From assembly GCA_049305795.1 (NCBI GenBank), contig JBAQPM010000002.1:20316-84315 (forward strand): DNA of 64,000 bases, written 5' to 3'. Within the stretch, counting starts at the first letter, position 1, and each line of letters starts with the position of its first letter. Source of the DNA: Minisyncoccia bacterium. GTDB lineage: Bacteria; Patescibacteriota; Minisyncoccia; Phycocordibacterales; Phycocordibacteraceae. Positions 19,188-28,456 of the stretch are shown piece by piece. Both the position numbers and the translations under genes were made by a program. The notes beneath the pieces were generated by a model, which saw only the letters and a list, made by a program, of their open reading frames with translations, had not been told where the DNA came from and did no database searches.

Positions 19188-19790
19188 ATGCCGCACCCAA
19201 AAAAGGAACGAACATTCGTTATTATGAAACCGGACGCAGTCCAGCGTTCGCTCGTTGGCGAAATTCTCCGTCGTTTTGAACAAACAGGTCTTAAAATTTC
19301 CACACTCAAACTTCTTGTTCCGGACGAGAAAAGACTCTGGGATCATTACTCCAAAGACGATGTGTGGTTTCTTAAAAAGGGAACAAAGATCGTAGAGAAC
19401 CGTACCGCAGCTGGACTTCCGATTGAAAAAGAGGCGCTTGAATACGGTAAAGATATCATTCGTGCACTTCTGAAATATATGACCTCGGGTCCGGTAGTTA
19501 TGCTCGTCCTTGAAGGAAATCAGGCCGTTGCAGTCGTAAAAAAGCTCGTAGGAGAAACAGAACCAGCAACATCAGACGTGGGAACGATTCGTGGCGATTT
19601 CACGATAGATTCCTATGCTATTTCAGCCGTTGATGATCGCGCCGTGCGCAACCTCATCCACTGTTCTGATGCTCCTGAAGAAGCAGAACGTGAAATAGCG
19701 CTCTGGCTTTCTCCCGAGGAGGTTCTCTCCTACCGTCTCGTGCAAGAAGCAATTCTCTACGACGTAAATATCGACGGTATTCTTGAGTAA
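19188..19790 (+). CDS. ndk: Nucleoside diphosphate kinase, unusually long (200 aa) with internal insertion
   Basis: ERTFVIMKPDAVQRSLVGEILRRFE, YMTSGPVVMLVLEG, GTIRGDF, NLIHCSD (catalytic His present; the usual G of NxxHGSD is replaced by C). Confidence 0.8.
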   Translation: MPHPKKERTFVIMKPDAVQRSLVGEILRRFEQTGLKISTLKLLVPDEKRLWDHYSKDDVWFLKKGTKIVENRTAAGLPIEKEALEYGKDIIRALLKYMTSGPVVMLVLEGNQAVAVVKKLVGETEPATSDVGTIRGDFTIDSYAISAVDDRAVRNLIHCSDAPEEAEREIALWLSPEEVLSYRLVQEAILYDVNIDGILE

Positions 19791-19795
19791 AAAGA

Positions 19796-19828
19796 AACAA
19801 AAGCCCGACAACGTCGGGCTTTTGTTTT
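19796..19828 (+). terminator. Rho-independent terminator after ndk
   Basis: AAAGCCCGAC-AA-CGTCGGGCTTT plus TGTTTTCC. Confidence 0.6.
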
Positions 19829-20076
19829 CCACAGTTTCTTCACAAAACTGGGTGTATACTTTCCCTCGGAGGCATTTCTTTTAAAGTCAACTGCCTACAT
19901 CCCGGGAATCAGATTTTCACGTTCTTCTGGTGAGCCTGTTTACAGAGTTCCGACGAGTCGTGATGAGATACCCACTTGGCATACTAAGTTGCTCACAAGG
20001 GAATGACTCCACAAAACCGCACCTTTCTTCGGAAAGATGTGGTTTTGTGTTTTATCAGCGTGGTAAAGTAGGGTCC

Positions 20077-20451
20077 ATGTATTTACGCTGGCTTCTTGCC
20101 GCACTTTTTGCCTCGAGTCTTCTCGCAGGATTGCATATGTGGGCTCTCACGGATTTTATATATTGGCGATACCGATGGTTCGACACGGTCATGCACTTGC
20201 TCGGAGGAATTACGATCGGAATTTTTGCAGTGGCACTTTTGCGCTCCTATCGACCCTTTGCTTTTGTGTTGGTGGTGGCAACCATTGCAATTGCCTGGGA
20301 AATTTTTGAAGCATCGATCGGTATTGCGGTGTTCCCTGGAGTCAATTACACCTGGGACACGGCTCACGATATTTTGAATGATACCCTCGGAGCTGTTTTG
20401 GTCTACATTGTTGCGCGTTACACGTTATGGCGTCCCGTTTCTGAAATATGA
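20077..20451 (+). CDS. Integral membrane protein of unknown function (4 predicted TM helices)
   Basis: ATG at 20077 (MYLRWLLAALFASSLLAGL...); the upstream part of the listed ORF has no coding features. Confidence 0.4.
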   Translation: MYLRWLLAALFASSLLAGLHMWALTDFIYWRYRWFDTVMHLLGGITIGIFAVALLRSYRPFAFVLVVATIAIAWEIFEASIGIAVFPGVNYTWDTAHDILNDTLGAVLVYIVARYTLWRPVSEI

Positions 20452-21827
20452 AGATAACCTTTTGCGGGGGCGCAGGCACGGTTACTGGTTCAAATTTTTT
20501 GGTCGAAGGAGAAAAAGGACGCATCCTCATTGATTGTGGGATTGAGCAGGGAAGAGATTTTTGCGAAGAATGTGTGTATGGACCTTTCCCATATGACCCA
20601 AAAACCATTGATGCGCTTGTCGTAACGCATGCCCACCTTGACCATGTGGGTCGTATTCCAAAACTCGTTCGCGATGGGTTTAAGGGTAAGGCATACATGA
20701 CGCCGCCAACGCGGGATCTTGCCGAGCTCATTCTTCGCGACAGTGTTGGCATTTTGGGAGCTGAAGCAAAAAAGCATGGACTCCCTCCTTTGTACGAGGG
20801 AAAAGATGTCGATGCTTTTTTCTCACTCGTAGAAACCATTTCGTATCACGAAGAAAAAGAAGTTGCGCCAGGTCTTTCAGTGTATCTTCGCAACACCGGA
20901 CATATTTTGGGTTCGGCCAGTGTCCGCATTACCGAATCAAATGGCACCACGGCAGTGTTTACGGGCGATATTGGCAACTCTCCTTCGCCACTTCTTCCTG
21001 ATTGGGAAGCGGTGCCTGACGCCGACGCCCTCATTATGGAAAGCGTCTATGGTGACCGAGCACACCCGCCGGGAGATCACAGGGTTGAACTTTTGAAACA
21101 AACGCTCTTAGAGGGAATTAAAAGAGGAGGAACCATTCTCATTCCCGCCTTTTCGATGGAACGCACGCAGCTCATGTTGTATGAACTTTCCAATTTCTTT
21201 TCCGAGGGTACGCTTCCGAAAGTTCCGGTCTTTCTTGATTCGCCGCTTGCGATACAGGTGACAAAAGTATACGAAAAATGGGGAAAGGAATATTTTAAAA
21301 CTGAAACTGAAAGAGAGATGATTCACGAGAGAAGTGTTTTTGAATTTCCTTTTCTCACTAAAACGGAGTCTCGCGAAGATGCCGAGGTTATCAAAAAAAC
21401 GCCTGGTCCAAAAATAATTATTGCCGGAGCGGGGATGAGTCACGGCGGCCGCATTGGTGGACACGAAATTCAACATCTTCCTGATCCTAAATCGACTCTC
21501 ATTTTGGTTGGGTACCAAGCTCCGGGAAGCCCGGGGCGCATGATGCAAGACGGCGCACCTAAGGTGCGCATTAATGGACAGGAGGTCCTTCTTCGCGCGA
21601 AGGTTGTAAACCTTGAGGGTTGGTCAGCACATGCCGATAGAGATGAGCTCCTGCAGTTCGCAGAAGCGGCGCTTCCGCGACCTAAAGCCATCTTCACCGC
21701 CCTTGGTGAACCTTCCTCTGCGAGGTTTCTTGCTCAGCGCATCCATGACTATATTGGAGGGAACGCCATTGTTCCGCATCAGGGAGAAGTATGGGAGGTT
21801 ACAAAGGAATCGGTAAAACGCGTGTAA
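20448..21827 (+). CDS. Beta-CASP family metallo-beta-lactamase ribonuclease (CPSF/RNase J-like)
   Basis: HAHLDHVG motif (HxHxDH), later H and D motifs, about 459 aa typical of beta-CASP RNA-processing MBLs. Confidence 0.75.
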   Translation: MKITFCGGAGTVTGSNFLVEGEKGRILIDCGIEQGRDFCEECVYGPFPYDPKTIDALVVTHAHLDHVGRIPKLVRDGFKGKAYMTPPTRDLAELILRDSVGILGAEAKKHGLPPLYEGKDVDAFFSLVETISYHEEKEVAPGLSVYLRNTGHILGSASVRITESNGTTAVFTGDIGNSPSPLLPDWEAVPDADALIMESVYGDRAHPPGDHRVELLKQTLLEGIKRGGTILIPAFSMERTQLMLYELSNFFSEGTLPKVPVFLDSPLAIQVTKVYEKWGKEYFKTETEREMIHERSVFEFPFLTKTESREDAEVIKKTPGPKIIIAGAGMSHGGRIGGHEIQHLPDPKSTLILVGYQAPGSPGRMMQDGAPKVRINGQEVLLRAKVVNLEGWSAHADRDELLQFAEAALPRPKAIFTALGEPSSARFLAQRIHDYIGGNAIVPHQGEVWEVTKESVKRV

Positions 21828-21828
21828 A

Positions 21829-21856
21829 AGAAAAACCCGCGTGAAGCGGGTTTTTC
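21829..21856. terminator. Bidirectional terminator between the convergent MBL RNase and rplT genes
   Basis: AAAAACCCGC-GTGAA-GCGGGTTTTT palindromic hairpin with A/T runs on both sides. Confidence 0.6.
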
Positions 21857-21857
21857 T

Positions 21858-22205
21858 TTATCCGAGCTTTTGTGAAATTCGGGCGAACACTTCAGGATTG
21901 TCTTTTGCAAGTGTTGCAAGAACCTTGCGGTCAAGAGCGATGTCTGCCTTTTTTAGCTTTGAAATAAAAGTGCTGTAAGACTTATGGCCAGCTTCACGTA
22001 CAGCAGCGTTGAGGCGAACGATCCAAAGCTGACGAAAATCAGTCTTCTTATCGCGGCGGTGGTTGAAAGCATATTTACCTGCGTGCACCAACGCTTCTTT
22101 GGCAAAACGCACCTTAGTCGAGCGGGCATGACGATATCCCTTTGCACGCGCCAATATGTTGCGGCGGCGTTTTGCGGCTGGGACCCCTCCTTTTACTCGT
22201 GACAT
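21858..22205 (-). CDS. rplT: 50S ribosomal protein L20
   Basis: MSRVKGGVPAAKRRRNILARAKGYRHARS canonical L20. Confidence 0.95.
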   Translation of the reverse strand: MSRVKGGVPAAKRRRNILARAKGYRHARSTKVRFAKEALVHAGKYAFNHRRDKKTDFRQLWIVRLNAAVREAGHKSYSTFISKLKKADIALDRKVLATLAKDNPEVFARISQKLG

Positions 22206-22230
22206 ACGTTAGTGATTTATGGAAAAATAA

Positions 22231-22416
22231 TTACATCCCCGGGAAGAAACGACGACGAACATGTGTAGTGACGTTCAGTATCACCGAACGACGCTTGGCA
22301 CCTTTCGTGCTTCCAGATTCCTTTGCATTGAAATGATTTTGTCCTGCTTTGCGTGCAACCAATTTGCCCGTCTTAGTGACGCGGACACGCTTTGTGTAGG
22401 ATTTGTTGGATTTCAT
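22231..22416 (-). CDS. rpmI: 50S ribosomal protein L35
   Basis: MKSNKSYTKRVRVTKTGKLVARKAGQNH canonical L35. Confidence 0.9.
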   Translation of the reverse strand: MKSNKSYTKRVRVTKTGKLVARKAGQNHFNAKESGSTKGAKRRSVILNVTTHVRRRFFPGM

Positions 22417-22976
22417 GGTGTGATTGGTTTGGTCTCTTGTTTTTCACGCTTTGCCTGCGCCTCACGATCGCGTTCGATAACTCCTGCAAATCCTTTCGGA
22501 CTTCTGGTAACCGGCTCCGCCATCTTGTATGCGTAGGGGATAAGGAGGAGGAATTTCTCAAGACGAGCCTTCAAAAACGCCTCTTCCATGCCCTTGTATC
22601 TTCCCTTAAGGAAGAGCTCCACACGAACGCGGTGGCCTTCAGCAAGCCACTCGGCGGCCTTTTTGGCCTTGAGCATCATGTCATGCTCCCCGGTGCCTAC
22701 CTTGATCTGAACCTCCTTCGTTTCCGAAACTTTGGCCTTGGCCTTTACAGCCTTCTCCTTCTTGCTTCGTTCGTACTCAAATTTACCATAATCCATGACC
22801 TTGGCAACCGGCGGGACGGCCGAAGGAGAAATCTCAATAAGGTCGAGTCCGGCAGTCTCGGCAGCTTGGAGAGCTTCAGAAAGCGAAATGACACCCAGGT
22901 TTTCTCCTTGGGCGCCGATGACGCGAAGCTCCTTCGCGCGAATTTCACGATTAATGCGGACAGGTTCGTTTATCAA
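22413..22976 (-). CDS. infC: Translation initiation factor IF-3
   Basis: INREIRAKELRVIGAQGENLGVISLSEAL...; first in-frame start is TTG followed by ATA (non-ATG start, as known for infC). Confidence 0.9.
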   Translation of the reverse strand: MINEPVRINREIRAKELRVIGAQGENLGVISLSEALQAAETAGLDLIEISPSAVPPVAKVMDYGKFEYERSKKEKAVKAKAKVSETKEVQIKVGTGEHDMMLKAKKAAEWLAEGHRVRVELFLKGRYKGMEEAFLKARLEKFLLLIPYAYKMAEPVTRSPKGFAGVIERDREAQAKREKQETKPITP

Positions 22977-23026
22977 GGCTTAAATACGTTTCCCGCAGTG
23001 TACCACGCAAAATGAAGTGTTGCAAT

Positions 23027-23737
23027 TTACGCCTTACGTTTCAGGAGCTTACTCAAATAGGGAATGAAGAGGTCGTCATGAACTGCTATGAAAAGTTCGC
23101 TCTGTTTTGTGGTGTTGGAAAACACCACAGGCGCTCCTTCAATGACAGCAAGCGGCTGTTGTTCGCCCCCTTCGCCCATAGCAAGCACTGCGCTTGAAGC
23201 AAGGCCGTCCGCAATGTTTGCTTGCGACACATGGAAAAAACGTCCAAAAATGTCAGGAGTTTTACGGTAGTCTTTGATGCCTTTGAATCCGGCATACCCA
23301 AGAGCCGTGCCGACGGCTCCTTTGCGAAGGGGAAGGGTGCGACTGTCGGTGATAAGAACACCGAGGTTTTTAACACGGTATACTTTTTGAAGAATCGTTC
23401 GTAGTTTTGCTGCCGAGCGAAAAGAGTCTTTCGGAAGCAAAATAAACTTTCCATTTCCGTTTGATTCATCAATGCCCGCAACGGACATCAGGACTCCTGC
23501 GCGAATGGTGAGCCAGGAATACTTTGTTTTAAGGGCAATGTCGCTTTCCTGGTGGATGAGCTTCTTTTTTGTTTGCTCGTCTTTTTTGATTGCGGTGCGT
23601 CCTTCGGCAAGGGCGACGATTTTAGAGGTTATGACCAAAACCGTGTCTTCTTTGAGTTTAGGCACGTGTTTTCGTATGAATCCGACAAGGTCATCGCCTT
23701 CTTTAAATACGGAAGTTTTTATCGGTCGAATCAACAT
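23027..23737 (-). CDS. CofE-like gamma-glutamyl ligase family protein (F420-0:gamma-glutamyl ligase fold)
   Basis: TVLVITSKIVALAEGR motif characteristic of CofE/FolE-associated ligases; 236 aa. Confidence 0.55.
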   Translation of the reverse strand: MLIRPIKTSVFKEGDDLVGFIRKHVPKLKEDTVLVITSKIVALAEGRTAIKKDEQTKKKLIHQESDIALKTKYSWLTIRAGVLMSVAGIDESNGNGKFILLPKDSFRSAAKLRTILQKVYRVKNLGVLITDSRTLPLRKGAVGTALGYAGFKGIKDYRKTPDIFGRFFHVSQANIADGLASSAVLAMGEGGEQQPLAVIEGAPVVFSNTTKQSELFIAVHDDLFIPYLSKLLKRKA

Positions 23738-23774
23738 GTCGCATCAGCTTAGAACGCCGATGCCCTCTGTGCAA

Positions 23775-24086
23775 TTAGCGTGTCGTCGTCGCGCTTCCCG
23801 AGACTGTTGAGCTTGCACTCATGCGGGCTTGGTAAATTTCGAGGTTAAGAGTTGCAAGTGTTTTCGATAACTGCATTAAATCCTCCGTACACTTTTGTTC
23901 ATTTTTCACTGGACCATTACAGTCAGCTGCAATTTGCTCGGTTGCTGCTTGAATCTGATCTTTTCCTCTTTCAAGGACCTGCGGAATACTTTGTCGGTTG
24001 GAAAGCCATAAAAATCCTACGACGATAAGGAGTATGAACAGCACCCCTGAAATCCACCATGCAAGATTACTTTCGCGAGTGTCCAT
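23775..24086 (-). CDS. Small membrane-anchored hypothetical protein (103 aa)
   Basis: Single TM helix WWISGVLFILLIVVGFLWL; no homology recognised. Confidence 0.3.
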   Translation of the reverse strand: MDTRESNLAWWISGVLFILLIVVGFLWLSNRQSIPQVLERGKDQIQAATEQIAADCNGPVKNEQKCTEDLMQLSKTLATLNLEIYQARMSASSTVSGSATTTR

Positions 24087-24195
24087 ATAGGTAAGAGTGT
24101 TTAATAGAAATAACTACAGTAACAGTATACGCCCAAAGTCGACCGTATCAGGATGCGTAATGGATGATGGAGAATGGATGAAGTTCTAAAACAGA

Positions 24196-24227
24196 AAAGG
24201 GCCCACGTCCGCGTGGGCCCTTTTGGT
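24196..24227. terminator. Bidirectional terminator between the convergent DUF4406 gene and the small-membrane-protein/CofE genes
   Basis: AAAAGGGCCCACG-TCC-GCGTGGGCCCTTTTGG. Confidence 0.55.
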
Positions 24228-24229
24228 TG

Positions 24230-24721
24230 TCATGCCGCCGCGAGAATTTTCTCAACCCAGTTTTCGTCTAGGTCGATAATTTCTGCGCCGAGTGAAGTGA
24301 GTTGCTCACGCTCCCATGTTGCGCCGAAAGAAGATTCCCACCCCGGGATGAACCATGCCTTTTTGATAAGGCCGGTGTGAAAAAGCGGGTGATAAAACTC
24401 TTCGAGAATGGGCATGTAGTATTGCCCTGCTCGGGAAGGGTCGGCATCTTGCCACCGTCTCCGGAATGCAAAAATCTTCTCCTCATATGGAATTTGACTG
24501 AAGATATCGAAGTTTTGGAGTTTCAGGGCTTCGATACTTCCGGAGAAAATCTTGAGATTCTGTTCGACTCCTCGCCCTCCGGTGCTGATTGGTCCGCAGA
24601 CTACTCCGGCACCATTTGGAAATTTGCGCAACTGAACAAGCGCAAGCGAAACGAGCTCAGCGAAAGAATCTGTTTTAGCACACTCTGCAGCAAGCCATTT
24701 GAAATCGGTTTCGTGGTGCAT
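24230..24721 (-). CDS. DUF4406 / nucleoside 2-deoxyribosyltransferase-like protein
   Basis: ATG at 24721; VVCGPISTGG and IPGWESSFGATWERE match the GPI[ST]G and PGWE.S.GA..E signatures of DUF4406. Confidence 0.45.
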   Translation of the reverse strand: MHHETDFKWLAAECAKTDSFAELVSLALVQLRKFPNGAGVVCGPISTGGRGVEQNLKIFSGSIEALKLQNFDIFSQIPYEEKIFAFRRRWQDADPSRAGQYYMPILEEFYHPLFHTGLIKKAWFIPGWESSFGATWEREQLTSLGAEIIDLDENWVEKILAAA

Positions 24722-24947
24722 GGTTCTATCCTTGTTTGTTACTTCTGAAGGGGAGAGTACCAAAAATAAAAGTAAAAGCCCACCGGAGTGAGCTTTGCTG
24801 CAGGGGCGTGTACCAATCGTTCGACTGTGGCCACCAGTCAAATTTTCGGCACGGATAACCGCTTGTCCGGCATGCTGATCCAAACTTCGCACGCCCCCGC
24901 GCTTGTAATATATAGGAGGATGGGTCGGGTATCAAATTCAAAACAAA

Positions 24948-24980
24948 ACCGCCTCAGGGCGGTTTTGTTTTATGTTTTGT
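24948..24980. terminator. Hairpin AAACAAAACCGCC-TCAGG-GCGGTTTTGTTT insulating the DUF4406 gene from the island
   Basis: 12-bp stem flanked by A/T runs, read directly. Confidence 0.4.
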
Positions 24981-25311
24981 GGCGCCACAATAAGAATTGC
25001 AGCATCCTACAAAAATATAGTCGCCGAGTACGGCTCGTTATTTTTGTGGAAGTGGCTTCATGAGGTTAGAACCTCATTACTGGAAAGCAGAGCCTCACAT
25101 TTCCTACAAGTAGTGGACGAGTGGTAGGGGAGACGAAAGCAGGAAAGCCAATCGGTGTAATCAAAAAGAGGACAGATGTTCGGAGGGATTAGAACCTCCC
25201 ATCACCGAACCCTTTATCAAAAAGCGGCTACTTCATCTCAGGAGTCCTGGTACAAGAGCTCGGATTCTCGCTACCCAAACGTGAAAATGTCATCAGTGAT
25301 AAAATTAGTGA

Positions 25312-27174
25312 ATGGCGGACGAATCGAGCAAAACTCCTATTGAGGAACTGTTTATATCCCCGAAAGACGGGTCCTTTTATAACTATGTACTGGTCTTGGT
25401 CCGTCCCAAGGGGATCTCCCGATTTGCAGACCCGCTTTGGATAGCACATAACCAGTTTCTCAAGTCAGAAAAACTTGAACTCACAGAAGATTTGCTCACA
25501 GAAGCACTTTCCCTCGTCTTCAATCTTAGTGAGCATCGAGCCAATAGGGAATACCATCCATTTCCATTCGGTAAACCATTGAGTGAAGGGAAACGAGCCA
25601 CAGTCGCCCTTCTAACAACGAATAATCAAACGACTTTAGCAAAGCTTGTCGAAGACGTTTTCCCTGATGAGATTGTTGAGGGTCTAGAGGCATCAACTCC
25701 ACTTGTAGATTTCCTTAAAGAGCTTACGGGTCGGTATTTTCAAGCACGACTGGATTTCAATAAGACACCCGGAAGACTTTTGTACAAAATGCCTCGGTTT
25801 GAGGTCTTCGAAGTACTGAAAGATGACACCTACGGATTGTGCGGATTCAATATGTATTTTTCTAACGGTACGCACGCTAACTACGAACGGACAGGTGAAC
25901 ATACGACAGGAATCAACGTACTTACCGACTACCCAATAAACTACAATGTCGGCCTCATAGATGCCCTGAAACGTGAATGGATGGTAGGCACTCAACGTGC
26001 CTATGAAGTAGGTATAGCAGGGAGATATAACGACTGGGGAGAATGGATGCCTCTGATGTATTCAGGAGACAACCATCAGATGTTTCTTGCTGAAAGCGAA
26101 CGAATGGCAGGAGATGACCGTCAGGTTGCGGGGATACTTTTCTATATCATGTGTACTGGACATCGGATCATAGAATTCGCTGTTAAAACTCCTATTGAGC
26201 TTCCTAACAAGCACTTCTCACTTGGAAGCAGAATGCATATGTATAAGTGCGAGCCACTCGACCAGACAAGCCATAGTGCTAGAGACTTTCACATTTATGA
26301 CGGCCACTACGAACTTGATGACTTAGACCCAAAGACCATCAGAAACGCAATCGCTTCAATCAATGTTGGCTTAAATCGAATGGCCTTTTCCTACGACTCC
26401 AGTGTTGATTGGTGTATTAAGTATTCAATCTATAAAGAAAGTGGCCATTCCAAACCAACTCCCACCAAGGAGCAATTGGATGTGCTTAATTCGATGCTCG
26501 TAGATTTTCCAGATACAGAGGATGCAATTGTGCTGGATATTTGTATCGATTGGTTTCATCGAGGAGAATTAGCTAGAAGGAAGAACGTCTTTCTTGCCTT
26601 TCTTTCTTATTACATCGCCCTAGAGAGTGTTGCTACCGCCATCGCTGACGGAGACGCTGACCTTGGCTTGGGATACGTCAAAGAAACAAAAGTTGAACGC
26701 AAAACCCGTGTTGTTTCTGAGATACAAAAACTCCATGACGAGCTTTACCAGTCTGACCCAGAGGAATTCATTAGGCGAGCCTACTTTGAGCAAGTTGTTG
26801 GCTTAAAAGTGAAGACTCGAAAAGTTATGGAGTTGGTATTTGGTACTGACCATGAGTATATAAAAGCTCTCTTTGAGAAAGTAGACGGCAGAGAATCTAT
26901 ATATGACTTACGAGGAGAACTTGCTCATGGAGGGATTACGTTGCTAGACCCAAGCCATCAAAAAATGATTAGGGAACGACTCCCTGAACTTGCAGAGATA
27001 GTAAGGGAGTTTGTTAGGAGAATCATCGTAAAGCCTGGCCAGGAACTTCCAAGATGGACAGGAGGAAGTACGATTTCTATGTTTCCGAGCGACCCTCGAG
27101 ACATGATGATTGCTTCAGACGATAGGATGTTCAGACATCTCGACTGGAAGATAAAGCCTGAATGGTTTGACTAA
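25312..27174 (+). CDS. Large hypothetical protein (620 aa) with C-terminal HEPN-like R-x4-H motif
   Basis: No recognisable N-terminal domain; C-terminal DLRGELAHGG fits R-x4-H within a predicted helical region; island cargo. Confidence 0.45.
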   Translation: MADESSKTPIEELFISPKDGSFYNYVLVLVRPKGISRFADPLWIAHNQFLKSEKLELTEDLLTEALSLVFNLSEHRANREYHPFPFGKPLSEGKRATVALLTTNNQTTLAKLVEDVFPDEIVEGLEASTPLVDFLKELTGRYFQARLDFNKTPGRLLYKMPRFEVFEVLKDDTYGLCGFNMYFSNGTHANYERTGEHTTGINVLTDYPINYNVGLIDALKREWMVGTQRAYEVGIAGRYNDWGEWMPLMYSGDNHQMFLAESERMAGDDRQVAGILFYIMCTGHRIIEFAVKTPIELPNKHFSLGSRMHMYKCEPLDQTSHSARDFHIYDGHYELDDLDPKTIRNAIASINVGLNRMAFSYDSSVDWCIKYSIYKESGHSKPTPTKEQLDVLNSMLVDFPDTEDAIVLDICIDWFHRGELARRKNVFLAFLSYYIALESVATAIADGDADLGLGYVKETKVERKTRVVSEIQKLHDELYQSDPEEFIRRAYFEQVVGLKVKTRKVMELVFGTDHEYIKALFEKVDGRESIYDLRGELAHGGITLLDPSHQKMIRERLPELAEIVREFVRRIIVKPGQELPRWTGGSTISMFPSDPRDMMIASDDRMFRHLDWKIKPEWFD

Positions 27175-27205
27175 AAGATTTAAGAAGTGATTTCTTCTTC
27201 AAACA

Positions 27206-27757
27206 CTACTCTGATGATGTAGATTGTCCGGGATTCTTAAAAGCTTCTTTAATGTCTCCAATAAATAGAACTTGGCCAATGCCGCCTTTTAAGGAGTGTC
27301 CCTTATAAATAAGCTGAGAATACCTCCCATGTGCTACGTGATTCCTGTAACCCTGAATCACTCTCATAATCTTCAATACAGGATCCTTTTTCCGTTGATA
27401 AAGTTCTTCAATGGATGTGATTTTAGTCCCAAAAGTTAAATTACCAACAAGAACTTTTGCATAAACTTTCTGGCAGCCGTGCATAACCATTAGGTCAATA
27501 ATTAACTCGTCAGCCAGCTTTTCAGTAAAGAAAGCTACCCAAAATACGAAATCCATTGCTGACGTATCATCCTTACTAATTCCATACTCTCCCTCAACCA
27601 TTTCCCTAACAGGAAACTTAAGTCCTTCAAACGTAATTCCCTTTTTCAAAGCCGCTGCAACAAGGTCATCTGCGCTCCCTTCAATTAATCTCTCGGCCTC
27701 TTGAAGAGAGAATCCATCTTCGCTTTCTGGCGACTCTTCCTTAATTGGGTCATTCAT
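27206..27757 (-). CDS. HEPN-like protein (R-x4-H motif, DUF4145-like)
   Basis: ATG at 27757; YRNHVAHGRY motif near the C-terminus; last gene of a four-gene minus-strand operon. Confidence 0.45.
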   Translation of the reverse strand: MNDPIKEESPESEDGFSLQEAERLIEGSADDLVAAALKKGITFEGLKFPVREMVEGEYGISKDDTSAMDFVFWVAFFTEKLADELIIDLMVMHGCQKVYAKVLVGNLTFGTKITSIEELYQRKKDPVLKIMRVIQGYRNHVAHGRYSQLIYKGHSLKGGIGQVLFIGDIKEAFKNPGQSTSSE

Positions 27758-27776
27758 GTTTAAAAATCCCACCAAA

Positions 27777-28217
27777 CTAATCCTTTAGCTCACTGACTAT
27801 CCGGTCAAATGCGTCCTGGACATCTATATTGCTCTGCGTGGTGTCTGGGTCATTTGGCCTATCTGTGAATCGGAAGATCGTACCCGAATAGATAGCCTCG
27901 TTAGTCGTAGCATCGAATATCACAAGTTCCTTGTGGGTACCGTTATTTGCTGGGTTCTCGTAAAGCTTTTCCCAGACAGCTACACAACTGTTCCTTTCTT
28001 GGCTGTAGAAAATCTCACTAGGAGTGGTGTCTTCTGTGTTTGGCTCGGCATAGTAAGACTCGATACGATTTGTGGCTTGACCAATAAACTTCGAACACTC
28101 AACCTTCCTTGAAAAGGAGTCGGCTCCGTTTCCAAAAAGTAGAAAACCAATTACAACTAATGCTAAAAGCAACAAAACTCCCAACACCAGATTCAATTTC
28201 TTTGGAGCAATAGTCAT
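27777..28217 (-). CDS. Membrane-anchored secreted hypothetical protein
   Basis: ATG at 28217 (MTIAPKKLNLVLGVLLLLALVVIGFLLF signal anchor), 1 nt after the upstream stop; ORF-track start further upstream is TTG. Confidence 0.4.
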   Translation of the reverse strand: MTIAPKKLNLVLGVLLLLALVVIGFLLFGNGADSFSRKVECSKFIGQATNRIESYYAEPNTEDTTPSEIFYSQERNSCVAVWEKLYENPANNGTHKELVIFDATTNEAIYSGTIFRFTDRPNDPDTTQSNIDVQDAFDRIVSELKD

Positions 28218-28218
28218 A

Positions 28219-28455
28219 CTACGAGCCTGAAAGGGCATACCAGATATGGGCAAAAGAACTGGTACGAGTCTCTGTCGTCGTCAGGCACGATTCCCGTTTC
28301 GTGGCTTCCTCAAATGAGGTTGTTTCAAGACCGCACATACCAACCTGTACGGCGTAATGGTAGTTTTCTAGTCGAACAATTGTTGCCCCAAACCAAATAA
28401 CTATGAGAACCAGAACAACTACCAGAGCTGAAAGTGTTTTCTCGCGTCTTGTCAT
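28219..28455 (-). CDS. Small membrane protein (78 aa)
   Basis: TM helix LSALVVVLVLIVIWFGATIV; translationally coupled between the XRE gene and downstream genes. Confidence 0.35.
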   Translation of the reverse strand: MTRREKTLSALVVVLVLIVIWFGATIVRLENYHYAVQVGMCGLETTSFEEATKRESCLTTTETRTSSFAHIWYALSGS

Positions 28456-28456
28456 G

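Noticed and set aside
25186-25204. tRNA T-arm-like fragment GGGAGGTTCTAATCCCTCC (minus-strand reading)
   Set aside because: The loop is 8 nt and not the canonical TTCGAAT, and no acceptor or anticodon arms can be folded; at most a degenerate remnant.
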